From the human T2T-CHM13v2.0 reference genome, Homo sapiens, in assembly GCF_009914755.1 (NCBI RefSeq), contig NC_060928.1: a stretch of DNA of 64,000 nucleotides; one strand, written 5' to 3'. The translations under genes and the position numbers were made by a program. The stretch's first letter is position 1; each line of letters opens with the position of its first letter. Under the pieces are notes generated by a model that saw only the letters and a program-made list of their open reading frames with translations, was not told where the DNA came from and searched no databases. Shown one piece after another: positions 39,680-54,949 of this stretch.

Positions 39680-41060
39680 AATTTTTAAAGTTTTAAATTT
39701 AGAATAGCTTTATTTTTATAGAAAAATAAGATAATAGCATTCCCACATACCTTACATCTAGTGTCGCCTATTAGAAATATATTACATTAGCACATTATAT
39801 CTGTCACAATTAATTAACAAATACTGGTAGATTATTATCAATTAACGTCCACAGTTTATTCAGATTTCCTTAGTCTTTAATTAATGTCCTTTTTCTGTCC
39901 TGAGATTCCATCCAGCAAACCACATTCATTTAGTCATCATGTTTTCTTAGGCTCCTCTTGGTTATGGCAGTTTTTCAAAGTTTCCTTGATTTGATGACCT
40001 TGACACTTTTGGAGCACACTGGTTGGGTATTTTGTAAGCAGTCTCTCAACTGGGATTAATTTAATGTTTTTTCATGATTAAAATGGGGTTGTGGGTTTTT
40101 TGGGGTATGACCACAAAGGTAAATTGCAAATCCTATTACATCATATTGAAGGTACACACTATCTACCTATCATCACCGTTATGTTACCTTTGATTTCCTG
40201 AGTGACATAGGGTTTACTGTTCCTCCACTATAACATTTTTTCCCCAGCATTCAATATTGTACTTTTTGGAAGAAAGTCACTATTTGTAGCCCACATTTAA
40301 GGAGTGGGAATTTATAATTCACTTTCTTGATGGTGGAATATCTACTTAAATTATTAGAAATTCTTCTGCATGGGAAATTTGTCCATTTTTCTTCATTTTT
40401 AAATTTATGTAATTATTTACATCAATATGACATGGATATTTTTATACCTTGGTTTATAGTCGAATACTTTATTTTATTACTTAATTTGCTAACGCTTTGG
40501 CCATTGGAAGCTCTTTCAGAGCTCCTATGTCTCTTTGATATACCCCCATCATTATGGGTTTGTCTGTTTTTTTTTTTTCTACATTATTTTCTTATCTTCT
40601 GGGACTAAAAGACCAGATGCTCTAGGCTCATCTTGCTTATTCACTGCTCCAGTCCTAGAGTCATTCATTTCTGTAAGGAGCACTGGTTTCATTTATTAGA
40701 AAAGGCATTAGAAACCAAGATCTGGGTGTTGAGTGTGTTTCTTGCCACTGAGATGCCATTGCTTCTAAGCCCTCTAACTGACAGGACAAGGACATAAATG
40801 TGTATATTAACTTGTGTATATCTATACATATTCCTATACATAACTACCTATATCTATATTAACCTAAAGATGCATATATACTGATGTTGCGAACTCTAAT
40901 TATTACATAAATAATTCTAGCTTTCACACCTTACTTATCTGTAACCTCCCACTCTAATGGTGAGTCCCACCATCAGCCATTCAACTGAACTTAATTATTC
41001 AGTTCCAGTACATATGTCTAGTATGTACTGAATTGTTCAGAATTGTTCATCTGTGTCTGT
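39680..41060 (-). mobile_element. Old L1MC-type 3' end
   Basis: aacgtccacagtttattcagatttccttag...taatgtcctttttctgtcc...gattccatccag and agaaaccaagatctgggtg are typical of L1MC3/4 3' ends. Confidence 0.75.
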
Positions 41061-42334
41061 TTGACTTATTGATAATGATATAATGTAGAAACCTCTAATA
41101 TCCCAATGACACAAACAATGATATCAATGATATACAAAATCCTGTCATCAGTTGTATAAAACAATATATCTTCCTTACTTTTCAGATATAGAAACCTAGT
41201 TTAAGGCACAGTGTTCCAAGATGGAAAGGCCTGCCATGGTACAGATACGTTGAAGCCTGATAGAATTGACTTCAGGTATTTTGGCAGCCAGACATTTCTA
41301 TGTAATTCTGTTAGTTAGTTAACTTTTATAAATGTGCTTTCAATCTTTATAATAGGAACAATAATATAAATTCATTTTTTGAAGGTTGACATCTTATTCT
41401 TCAGGTACAATGTCAGGTACAGGGTGGGTGCCAAATAAATACTATTTGTAATAATATCGGTTGTAAAATATTAGAAAATTGTTTAAGAAGCTTTCAATGA
41501 TGAATTTTCCACAATTCTTTAACTGTTTTATCCTTTATCAGTCAAAATTATTTGTCGCTTCTTCTCTGAACTTGGCACTGCTTTAAAATGCTCGATGAGA
41601 TCCAAAGGCAAAGTGCTTACACAGATGAGATGCTTTGTTTTCTGCATCCAAGGCTTCATGACTCTAAATTAATAAAAAGTTATGAGTAAATTTCCTTGAT
41701 TTTATTAATTTTATTAATTAAAATGTTGGGCTTTCTAATGTCAATTAAAACATTGATAGTTACACTTAGTATAGAACAATATCTTCCTCATTCTTTAAAA
41801 CAAAGTGAACATGATGAAAACATGAATCTCAGCTGTGTCAAATGGAATAAGAAAATACCATTCACGCATCCCTATAGCCAACACTTTTTGTGTAGGCAGT
41901 AAATTATAAATAGAATCAAGTATTGGTTACTTGTATTTAAAAAAATAAATAAATAAAACTCCATGCATTTGATTTATATACCCATATTTTAAGTCTCAAA
42001 GACTAGAGAGAGGTAAATAAAACAATATTGAAATCTTTTCAGTCTATGACAGTCCATGAATGTGTTAAAAACTTCATCAGATGACACTTTTTAAACTTTC
42101 CAACTGAAGTCCCTACACGTCAGTCATGTGTTAGTTCATTTAAACACAAGGTTTAAAAATACATGTATTTTACATTTGATTCTATAGGTTAAAATTTGGC
42201 CAAATGAACTGTCAGTATCTGCCAGCTGGAAGCCCCCACTTCTCACTGCTATGCACACTTTATCATATTAAGGTACTTCTTATTAACGAAGCAGGTCTTA
42301 TTAATGAAGCATGTCTAGGCCACTACAGTATTCC

Positions 42335-42460
42335 AAAACAACACAGAGTATTAGGCTTCTCTCCAGAAAATTCTGACTCTGTAGGTCAAGTTGGGACCAA
42401 GATTCTGTATTTTCAGTAAAGACTCTGGTGGAATCATTTTGTCAGTAAAATTCAGGAAGT
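42335..42460. mobile_element. MER5A-like hAT DNA transposon fragment
   Basis: ccagaaaattctgactctgtaggtc...gggaccaagattctgtattttc resembles the MER5A core. Confidence 0.5.
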
Positions 42461-42879
42461 AATTAAGGCAAACCATACTAGGATTAATTCTTCTTTTTAA
42501 AAAATATTATTATTACTATTTTAAAAATAATAATTATTATTAATGCTTCTTTTATAAAAAATCAAACTTAGAAAGCTGAGGCTGAAAGTTGGATCAGTAT
42601 TGAGGTTTTCTGAACTGCTGCTGTCTTGAACCAGTGGCTCACTATTGTTGCCTGTTATCCTAATCATTGTTAGCAACTTTGCCTTTCTGTGAGGATTATT
42701 TCTGCTTATATTTGGTATTTTCCTGACCCTTTAGTATTTGTTGGTAATTTGATTTGTTTGTTCATTCATGCCATAATTCGGTTTAGTCTGTTGATAATCT
42801 ATAAAATTAGAAAAATCTTATGTCTGGTTCATTGTTGCTTGCTTAGTCCTTAGAATATTTTTCTGACAACTTCGTAAAA

Positions 42880-43520
42880 TGTATAACCGCGTCCACCCTC
42901 GTTGAAGACGCCATGATTTTTCTCTTAATTGGACTACTTCTTTACACCTTCCTGGCCTTCAGGGAGTTTTTCTAAGAACAGCCAGTGTGTTATTGTTCAT
43001 GCTGTAATTTTGTCACGTCACTACCCTGCCTTATGGATTACTAGGTTGCACATGCTCTATCCTCTGCCTAAATTTCTCAAGTCATCAAGTCAACTATCTT
43101 TCCTTGATTTTATTTTATCTTTCCTTGATTTTCCCTTTCATGGACATGACCTTCTATATGTTTCTTGAGCACTCTAAATTTGTCCTGCCTCAGACCCTTT
43201 ACACTTGCATTTCTTTTAGTTTAGAATGTCCTTCCTTATCTTCCTCTAAATTGCCCTTCACTTTATTCAAGTCTTTAAAATACAAGTCATATTTTCAGAA
43301 TTAACTTCCTGACTGATTGACCATTTGTTAATTTCTTATTTTTCTTTATAATGGCACTGCTTGAAATGATATGCTTATTTCTTTACTTGTGTATTGTCTT
43401 ATATTCTACAGGAATATAGCTTCCATGATGGGAGGTACTTCTACTGTCTTATTTATTGATATATCTCATGTGCCTTGAAAATTCCTGGAGCATAGAATGG
43501 CATTTAATTTTTCTAACATG
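42880..43520 (+). mobile_element. LINE-2 3' region
   Basis: tcctgcctcagaccctttacacttgc...agcttccatgatgggagg...gtgccttgaaaattcctggagcatag. Confidence 0.55.
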
Positions 43521-43957
43521 CATAAATTATTTTTCTGGGATTTAAAGCTAATAAAGGATATATAGCACATGGTCCTACTTTATAGTTTTTAAGTCGAATC
43601 AATTATTGCATGGATCGTTCTAGTCTCCTCACTTTATTTATCTGTAACCTCTTGCTCCAAGAGTGGCTCTCACCACCTGTCATCCAGTTACTTACCTGTT
43701 TAATTTCAGTATAAATGTCTTCAAAGCAATATATTTTTTATTTGTTTTTGGCACAGCACAATATAGGTAGAACTATATTTGAATCTAGTATATATTGAAT
43801 ATGTATCTGACTTACATATAAATAGGACAGGGAATAGTAAAATGAGTAAACAATGTTATTAAAGAATTTCAAGGAAATCTAGAGACTTCTGGAGCAAAGA
43901 ATAAATAAAGAATTAGAAGTCAAGTGACTACCACCCCTAACTATTTGTATAAAATAA

Positions 43958-44379
<422 letters not shown>

Positions 44380-47300
44380 TTGAGTATATTTTTAAGATAA
44401 AATATATTCCTTCAGTAAAGAACAGATTTTTGAAATGATGAAAGACAAAGTATGGTTTTAAATCTATGTGTCTTATGACTCTCTTCATAAGGCTTTCCAT
44501 TCTTTCACTTCTTCACAAAGGTGGAAAAGGGAAGAGGGAAAAATAGGAAGACAAGCCCTAGCTAATCTAAAAACCTAAGCTACAGTTATAGAATTTCCAG
44601 AGAAACATGGGAAATTACAAAACCTACATCCAATGAATTTATCTTTGGTTTATATTTTCTAAGATGAAATAGTATTGGCATTAGCATAGTGAATACATCT
44701 TTGATTTTCATGTCTGTCTTTCAGTATCTATCTGAATAATAGTATAATACTGTCTACACTGAATTTTGGTATAATACTGTCTTTCAGTATTTATCTTTAC
44801 TATCTATGTGTATGATCATGTAACAATTTAACTGCCTCCCACAGACTACATATATATTTTTAAATGAAATGCAGATATAGATAAATCCATATTTTATTTT
44901 ATATATACATATATACACACATCACATAGACATACATACATCTCTAAGAGAATCATGTACGTCTTCTGTAGCTGGTTTAATAAATAAAGCTACATATAGT
45001 GATTACTTTGCTATCTTTGTTTTGGGGTACATATTAGCATTTGAATGTAAGAAAATGAGTAACTAAATTTCCTAAAGTAAATGAGAATTGCAGTTATTGA
45101 ATTATAAACTTATTCAAAATTATTAACAGAAAAGTAAGGCAGACATAATATACACACTCACAAATGTGCAATATTATACCCTTTATATTTTTATAATACA
45201 TAACATAAATTTTATATACTTACATACTTAGTATATCCTTCTTACTGTGTTGTCATTTGATACTGTTGGGCCAGGAAAAGTAACTAACAGTGCATTCTCA
45301 ACACACTTAGTACCTAACCATGTTCTGTACTAAAGAAAGAAGGTATTTTAAAGGTTTCTTTCTCAAATAAAAATTCAATCTGCTCACTCAGACAAAAACC
45401 TACAATCACTCCATCTTAAAAGCCTGCAACTGGATCTTTTGATATATGACCTCAGTAAAGTTTTGAAACGACCATTTTACCAAAACCTGGCCTTAAATGT
45501 CAGTAGTTCTAGAGAGACGGTATCTGTTTTAATAAAAAGAATTTATAAACTAAAATGCACCATTCAGTATAGTTTGGTTTTTTTCAAAGACTTGAAAATC
45601 ACAAAATATTAAAAATTAGTTGCTTCCAGCAGGAAACGAAAGTAACTTAATTGCCAAGAAGTAATTTCTGGTGTGATTACAGTTCATAGTTGAAATCATA
45701 CACTTTAAATATTGTTTTGAAGTCACATTCACAGTGATATTAACTTGAAAAGAAAATGACAATAATAAAAATAGAAAACTATATCACTGGCACTCATAGT
45801 ATTCTGTAAAATAACAGTGCAAATCACAATAACAAATATTAAATGTAACAAGGTGTATAATGGCAACATGCCTCCTTCTGAATAGCAAAATTAATCTCAC
45901 ACCAAATTAATTGTCATTGAATGTGTTTTCCATTCATTACTTGTTATTATCCTATAATAGAATTTTTAATACACGAAGAGTCCTAAGTGTCAATGATTAT
46001 TTGATCTTAATAACCACAATCCCCATTTTACAAGAAACAGAATTCAAATAATTTTTACAGTATTGTAGTAAAATAAAATGAGGCTATATCTAGCAGATAG
46101 CGTGGTGCATTTGGAAAACTTTAATCAGCTCAGTATTATTCAGTTATACTATATTCAAGAGAATATAGTCCCATATGCAATTTTCAATAATGTTTTATCA
46201 ATATCAAACTTCCATTATGGAATACTGCAGTTTGTTTTACAGGAAATTAAGTAGTAATTAGCTCAGAAACAAATTTTTATAGCTTATGTTTAACAAGAAA
46301 AAATTAGTCTCCTCTTATAAATCCACATTAAATAGGGTTTTGGCAACCACAGACTAAGTCACTAACAGTAACAAGGCCATAAAGTGCAAACTCTAATTCA
46401 GTTGTTAATTATTTCAAAATTTTCACAATTTAAACCAATCTGATCAAGCATTTTTAAAAGCAAAACAAACACATCATAAATATAGAGAACCTATTCATTT
46501 TCCTTTCTCACTTCTCATTGGTCTTAGTCTTATATAGCCAAATGAACAACAGAATAATTTAATTCACTAGGAATTGTGATATTAAATTATTTATCTATTG
46601 ATTGTTTAAAGAACCAGATTGAATTTCTATTATACTATTAAAATTCAGGACCACCACATCTTCTCTGCTGAAATATATTCTCGCTGATACCATCTGACAT
46701 GATTTCTTCAAAATCTGATATTATGCCCGTAGACACAAAAAAATAAACTTTATGGCTACAGAATGACTGGGAGACCTGAGTAGTGTTTATCAGCAGCTCT
46801 CATAAACATCCCAATCACAATATCTTTAAATAGCATCATTTCTAACAGCAACATGACAGCCTGGAACTAGAGAAAATACAGGATTAGTGATTGCAGCTGG
46901 TCAACCTTTTAAAGTCCAGAAAAAAAGCCAAATCACAACATTCTGTTCCACATTAGTAATGTTACCAGATATTTAATTTTTAAGCCATGGGACCAATTTT
47001 AGTGAATGAAACCACATATTCTTCAGTTGTGGGAAATATCTGCTGCTCAAGTCACATGTAAGGCCATTTTTTACTCAAACAGATCACGCAGAGAAATTTC
47101 TAATGCTGATAAAATATATAATTATATATCTATCATTATAAGTTTAAATGGCATAAAATCCATATTTTTTGTTCCACTGGAACAGTAGTCTAGATTCCTA
47201 TTTATTTTAAAAAGTAAATAAAATGTAAATAAAACTGGCTGCAAAGTGCTCAAGATGTATTTTGAAAAAAACTCAATTATTAGAAAGAATTAAGTCCAAA

Positions 47301-47429
47301 TTTTGCTTTGAGAATTGTTTAACAAATATTGGCTAAGTGAATGAACAAATAGATGTATGTATGAATACATAGATAATGAGGCTACTGTAATTGCTGTACC
47401 ATAAGAATACATAATATATCACATTTATA

Positions 47430-47620
47430 AGAAACATTATGTGCCAGACAGTTTATAGTTTAAGCACTTTATATACATTAACTCATTCATCCTTCCTAAC
47501 ATCATTAGGAAGTAGAAACTATTATCGTCCCTTTTTGATGCACAGAAGTTAATTATCCAAGTTCACCCCACCAGGAATTGGCAGACCTTAGCAGTCTTTC
47601 TTCAGAGTTTGTATTCTTGA
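47430..47620 (-). mobile_element. MIR
   Basis: tatgtgccagaca...aagcactttatatacattaactcattcatcctt...actattatcgtcccttttt. Confidence 0.65.
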
Positions 47621-49424
47621 GTATTATTCCATAGAATAATGAAAGAATAGCTCTAAATAGAGTGTTACATTTAATATGTCATCGCACATACAATTATGTT
47701 AAAGATTATTCAGATTATCTAATTTCTTCTTTGAGTATATAAATGTCTTAATTTTTGCTCAGTTTCCTTACTGCTTTGCAAAGCTGATTATAAAAAGCAA
47801 TAGGAGAAACAACTGTCTTTGATAAAAACTAAGCAACTTTTTATTGCACATTCTGTGACGTGTAATTGTAAAACTCTTAGTTGTATTACCTAAATCAAAG
47901 TTTTACAACTATTTTTGATCTACCATGATGCATTTATGTAATAGCATTCAAATATATGAGAAATATCTCTACATACTCCTATACCGATGCAACTTGAAAA
48001 TTGTCTTCTGAAAATAAGCCAAGATAAATCCTCACAACGATTAACGGTACACACAAAATGACTGCTCTCCGCATGCTGCACCATAGATAAGATGAACTGT
48101 GGATTTTGAGAAATGCCCTGCATGCTAAATGCAAATTCAATTTTCTCTACCACTCAGGAATACACATGTAAACACTTTGAGGCAAATATTATAATACAGA
48201 TAGCCATAAATATCCTCTAGTTTATATATATTTAAAATTATGTATGTATATATTTCACAAACTTTGATACTTCACGATTAATAAATAATAACTTGTAAAA
48301 AGTAACATAAAACATGCATGTGGAGTAACAAAGCAGAGATCTGAAGGACTCATATGTAAGTTTCTTCCTTATTTGTACCAGCACATTCCTTTCCTCAAAA
48401 CTCAAAACATCTCTTTCTCCATCTCATGGACTTTTAACAGGTCTTCCCACCGAAGAAAAAGTGCTACTGGCAATTCTCCTCTTCCCGACCTCCCTCCTTT
48501 CCTTTTTTCCTAATATTACTGAAAACCTACTGTATGCCAAGCGCTAGTGAGTTGGGTTATCGCAATCAACAATTCCACGTGTCCTGGCCAGTGACCATAC
48601 AGCTGGGAATATTAAAAATAAATAGTTTGGGAAAAGTATTAGATATCACAGATAGAGAAAGTTAGATCATTCCTCTGAAAATCCATGTACCTGCATTCCA
48701 TATTATACAACCTTGAGCACAGAGAGTGGCCTCATTTATCTTTGTATCCTCTATAGCTAGAAAAAGAACAAGCATGTGGTATGTGCCCAATAAAAAAAAA
48801 GATCCAATCCATCAAGAAGCCAATGAAACAGGAAAGTGGTATGAGATATTTCTGACAAGTAGTGAAGATGTAATATCATCACTAAAGACATAATAGAATA
48901 TTAGTTTCTCAAAATTTATGGATAAAACTGACAAATGTCAGTTTACTTGTAGATGAACTTTTATTTAAAAAACCAGAATTGAGTTAACTTGAAAAAAGCC
49001 TTTATGACATTATGTTACAAGTTTGATTCTAGCTCAAGTTTAATGATTAACTGTACATTTTATGAGCAAAAATGATACAAAAATAACCAATTCTTGTAAA
49101 TTCAAGGAGGAATTGAGGCAAGTGAAAATTGCTAAGGAGTACAATAAATATCATTTTAATTTGCTTTTTGAAGTAATGGCTGTATAGAATTGACTGCTAT
49201 AATGTAATGTTTGCAAATGTAGAAACTTGCCATAGATATAGAAGTGAAATAGGTAAGAGTAACCTGCGCTCCAATAAAATTGCTTAAAAATACTGGAAAT
49301 AAGGTTGGTTAACAACACTTTCTAGAGAAAGTCTACAGTTAATTAATGGAAACAAGTCAGAATATGTTTGAAACCTTTGTTGAAAATCATCTAACTAGCT
49401 TTAGACTTCTGTGTTGAGTTCCTT

Positions 49425-49655
49425 TTTGTTGTTCTGTTTTGTTTATGTTTTTGTTCATGTTTTTGGTTTTGTTTTTGTTTTTTAATATGGAGTCTTACTC
49501 TGTCACCCAGTCTTGAGTGCAGTGGTGCAATCTTGACTTACTGAAGCCTTGAACTCCTGGTTTCAAGAGATCTTCCCGCCTCAGTCTCCTAAGTATCCTG
49601 GAATATAGGTGGGCAGTGCTACACCCGGCTAGTTTATTTATTTATTTAATTAATA
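49425..49655 (-). mobile_element. Alu monomer (FLAM or AluJ arm) with a (TTTTG)n tail
   Basis: gagtcttactctgtcacccag...gagtgcagtggtgcaatc...ccttgaactcctgg...cacccggcta. Confidence 0.8.
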
Positions 49656-50444
49656 AAATCACTTTCTACTACTGCTTTTACAGCCACCTAGAGCAGGTTG
49701 TGTCTTATTTTTATTTGAAGTAGATAAATTTTGCATATAAATTAATAAAGTATATATTATATATAAAAATACATTTGTAAATATATTTAGTGCCTCTATA
49801 TTTTAAGTATCAACAGCTCATAAGTAGTGGATTAGGGATTTAAACACATATATGATTCTAAAGGTACTTAACCTGATGCTTCTAAATATAATGATACAAT
49901 GTGGTGTTTAGTAAAGTTAATTCAAAGAGAGATGTAGCATGGTGATCTATGCAAAACACTCACTAATGCAAAACATTACATACAGGTTATTAAGTATGCA
50001 AACCAGAACAAAATAAAATTTTCGAGTGCTGAAGCAGATTATTCTTAGTTCATTAAAAACACTGTAGGGTATTTGTTTTTGACATAGTTCTGTATATAAC
50101 TTAAAATGACTTCCATGATATAAATAGTTTCATTGTGCAGTGAATACAGAATCTAAACTTAATTTAGGTAAAATTTTGGGAAGCTTCCATATTCAAATAC
50201 ACATAAATATAAAACAAAATATTCTAATGCCCATTCTGATTACTAGGCCTCTCTTCAGTGAAACAAAGTTGTAAGACCACACCAACATATTGGATATTCG
50301 CTTAGAATGCATAGTGATAACATTATGTTGGCCAGAACATGCATAGTTAAAATGTTATGTTGGCCATAGAATATGAGACTCTTGATTCTATTCACCCAGA
50401 AACTCAGATATATTTCAACACAGCCTTGCCAAAGTATCCTATCA

Positions 50445-51242
50445 TATAAATTTCCTATTGCTGCTACAACAAATTACCAACAAAGTAGTGGTATAAAACA
50501 ACACAGATCTATTATCTTACGGTTCTAGAGGTCAGAAGTCTAAAACTCAAGGTGTTGGCAGGGCTGTGTTTCTTCTGGAGGCTTCAGCAGAAAATCCATT
50601 TCTATGTCTTTTCTATCCTCTAAAGACTACTGGACTTCCTTGGCTCCAGCCTCTTCCTCCATGTTCAAAGCACTTTCACTTGGCTGGGCGCAGTGGCTCA
50701 TGCCTGTAACCCCATCATTTTGGGAGGCCTAGGCAGGACGGATCACCTGAGGCCAACATGGCGAAACCCCGTCTCTAATAAAAATGCAAAAATTAGCAAG
50801 GCGTCGTGGCAGGCTCCTGTAATCCCAGCTACAACTACTCTACTCGGGAGGCTGATGCAAGAGAATCGCTTGAACCCGGGAGGCGGAAGTTGCAGTGAGC
50901 CGAAATCGTGCCACTGCACCCCAGCCTGGGCAAAAAGGTGAGACTCCATCTCAAAAAAATAAAAAAATTAAAAAATAGCACTTTAACTCTAGCCTCTGGT
51001 TCAGTAGTCACATCTCCTTTTTATCTAACTCTATTGGCTCTCTTATATTAATATAATCACCCTTAGATTACAGTGGGCTAGGATAATCTCCCTATACAGG
51101 ATAACCTACCAATCTCAAGATCCTTAATCTAATCACATTAGCAAAATTCCTTTTTTCCATTTAAAGTAACATATTTAGAGATCCTAGGAAATAGGTTGTG
51201 GACATTTTTTTTAAGAAGAGCATCATTATTCAGCCTACCACA
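50445..51242 (-). mobile_element. MLT1 (MLT1C-like) MaLR LTR, interrupted by an Alu
   Basis: ttgctgctacaacaaattacc...ttctagaggtcagaagtctaaa...caaggtgttggcagggctgtg, resuming after the Alu and ending attattcagcctaccaca. Confidence 0.85.
50682..50976 (+). mobile_element. AluS element with an internal deletion, nested in MLT1
   Basis: ggctgggcgcagtggctcatgcctgta...; TSD agcacttt(c/a)act at 50669-50680 and 50977-50988. Confidence 0.92.
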
Positions 51243-54200
51243 TCTACATATATCCTGGTTTTCGCCATGTTTGTGTCTAATCTATATCATTTTATAGTCT
51301 TCTCATGTTCACATTCTAGGCCAAGACGATATATTTCTAATATCTTTATTATGGATTTGTTAAATGCATCTATAAAATTATATTTTAGGTATACATATCC
51401 AAACACTTTCCACGGGACTACTTAAACATAGTTAGCAAATTAATATCTTATTTGTATTCATTTATGGAAGGTTTTTTTTGGATATTGATCTAATCTTATT
51501 TGAAATATCACTAAATATTTTTTAAATGCATCCCTTCCCTTTGCTCTTCCAAAGCACTTCTCTATTCATCACTTCCCTTTTACATAAATTAATGCAACTT
51601 TTCATCAAATGTTTCAAAATTCCAATGGAATAGGCAGAAAATTCCCTCTTGAATCAAGATTGCTGCTTCACATAATGTTGTAGGCCATCTCACTACTAAA
51701 TTGTTATGTTGAAATCAAAACACTGACTATTTTTTTAAGACCATGAAGTACCCAACCAGGACACCCTGTTTAGGAAGACTTTTATGTGATTTTTTCAGCC
51801 TGTTCCAAAAATGAAAAACACAGCCAGCCAATGTCTTGTTTAAGATATAGTGATTAAAATCAAGTATACATAGGAGACACCACAGAAATATAGGTCCTTG
51901 TAATTTCCCCATTGCCCTCTCTATGTGCAAATTATGGTACACATAAGGATAGGAATTTGCCATTAACTGTCAATATTACATATAAAAATGACATTAAAAA
52001 ATAGAATCACCTATATTATCCACATTTTAACACTGGTCGTAAACTATATATACACCCTGGGAAAGTTCATGAATATTTTATTGCTACACATTAAATTTCA
52101 CCTCACTGTCACTGAGAATTTTAGATTTGTGTAATAGGCGTCTTGGATCAGTCCATGATTTGTATCCATTGTTAGGTTTCTTGGCACAGAGTGGAAGCAT
52201 TTTCATTGATGAGTCCATACATATGGGCTAAGAATAATATTTACAGAATTTAGATTAAGTATTCTTGAAGGCATACAAAATATTCATAATGGCATTTGTA
52301 TGGTTTTTTCATCTTCAAAGGATTCTTTTAAGTGTAGAAGATACTAAGAAATCAAAATATTACAAGCTTTGATGCTGATTCTCATAGCCACAAGGACAAG
52401 GGGAGAGCTAGGATATCTAATTAGACTGACATATTCTTGAAATACTCCCAGATAAATTAAGGGTTTATAAACAAAGCACTTGTCTAGATGTTGCACTGTC
52501 TTTTTCTTTTTCCGCTTGTTATCTGAAAAATCATTATGGCTGCTGGAAACCCCAGATCTGGAGTTGAGGAGAGCTTCCATTCTAGCTCTGTCACTATCTT
52601 AGCATTAGGGGTAAAGAGCTGAGCCTTTTTATATGTAAAATTAGAGCGTTAATGGAAACCATTTTTGCTAGTTTCTCTCTGATGGTTAAAAACATTCTGC
52701 AAGCATAGAAATGAAGCACTGGAAAAAAAAATCCATCCACAATTGGTGGATTCAATTATCTGACTGCATATTGAACATCTCCAATTAAATACCTGCATTA
52801 ATAAAATGTAACTATTCTATAAAATTTAAATATGATTTTTTTCTTCCCTGTGATTTTAAGCATTTATTATAATGTTACAGTTAAATTACACACTTTTTCT
52901 CAGTGATAGTAGATGCTATAATGTTCTCAATGGATAATGATAACAACCCTTAGTAACGAAATAACTATAAATAATATCAAGTTCTTTTCTGTGAGGTAGA
53001 TTAAGCTGTTACTGATGAGAGTTGCTTAATTTGACTTATATTTGTAGGAGTTAGGTCAGTTTGGACATATTCATCTTTTGACACAGAGTTGTTCTGATAA
53101 AATAGAACTTGGGGAATCAGAAGCCATTATATAAATTCTTACAAATGGATGATTTGTATTCTTAAGACAGTATTTAACACTTTGGAGAAATGTTTCTATG
53201 TTTCCTAATCAACTACTATCAAGATCTACTAAAATAGTGCTATAAACAGACACACACACACACACAAAATGTAACTAACATCTATTAATTCACAATTTCT
53301 CGAGACACTCATGTTAAATAAAAATTCTGTCCGTCATATTTTAAACTCCTGGTTAGTTAGAGGATAAGATGATCATATCTCCTATTTTTAAATCACCCCC
53401 AAATAACTAAATGGAAGTACTGATGGAACAATTCAGAGACAGATAAAACAAAAACTAATTGGTACCACATGCACATGAAAAGTTCACTAATTTGTGATTC
53501 AATGTTTGTACTTCTGAATATGTACAAACTTCAGTAAAATATCCTCAGATTGAACAGTGTAGTATTTATTTTGAAATCTACATGTTTGAAACAGTTAAAT
53601 CACCATAAGATCAAATAAACATAAGATTACCAGAACGATAACTAACTATTTACACATGAGACCACTTATCCATCACTAACTTGCACCTACTGGTATGTGA
53701 ACAGTTTAATGACTCTCTGATCAATTACATAATGCCAAAAGTCTTTTTCCCCCCTTTATTTAGCACTCATTTGATTGTTATTTTTATGCCCTCTTTAGAA
53801 AATGATGCCAGGCTTTTGATCTAAATATTTTCATTATAATAACATAGTAGGGAAGAAAAGAATCCTCTTTCTATAGCATTCACTGCCAGGAATTTATTAA
53901 TGGTGTGCTAATTTTTATAAGTATGCCTAAAGAGAAGGAAAGGGATATTTGAAGAATATGTAAACGAGATTAAAATGTAAAAACAAACAATAATTTCTAA
54001 CAGAAAAAATGAAGTGTTAACACTATGATAAGTTATTTACAATATTATTTTATTTTTATTTCCCAACTTTACCTACGTGTAACAAAGGCATTTTTGTGAA
54101 ACTTATTCTAGAATCTCAGCTTGCAATATTGCAAAGAAGGCAGAGCCATCCTACTGAGTTTATAAGTTTCACAAAGAGACTCTGGCTTCCTGCCAATCAG

Positions 54201-54949
54201 AGCCTATTTCTTATTGTACTTAGTGGCTATTGTTCTTGCAAGTGCTGGGAAAACTTCCCAAATAGGCCTTAATGGTGTCCATCATCCTACATTAAAATTA
54301 GGCATTTGTTTCTTTAATTAATTAAAAAAGACATATCAAATTTTAGAATACTTCACAAATAGTAATAAAAGACTTTTCACTTTTTATTAGATAATAATGT
54401 ACAATTGACCATATCTTCTTAGAATGATCAAGAAATAATACATTTTCTTGAAATCTATAATAATTAGGGACTGACCAACACTTCTGATGCAAAGTTACCA
54501 ATTACTGACCAGAAAATCATTCATAGGATTTTAATCATGTTGTTTCTGATTATGCAACTGGATTGCATATTGGATTCAGAGTGAATCTAGAGCACAACTT
54601 AAGTTCTGCCAAAATGTAGTAAAAATCAAGAATCCTACCAGTGCCTCAATATAGTCATTTGTAAAATTGGGGTTATATCTGTTTTACCTAACTCACAATG
54701 TCATAGGGATTTAATACCATACTAAATTTAATTTTAAAATAATTAAAATAATAAAATTTCCATGTTAAAAATTTAAAAAATCATGAATTTACATAGTTAA
54801 AATTTAAGCATCATTTTTTCTCTGTCCTATGGTGTCTTATCAGATCTCATAAGCCTCATACTGCATCCTTTTAAAAATATTTCAGAAATTAAATCCTCTG
54901 GATTCAGAAAACAGTATTTATCTGCTTATACAGCATCATAGTAGGATCA

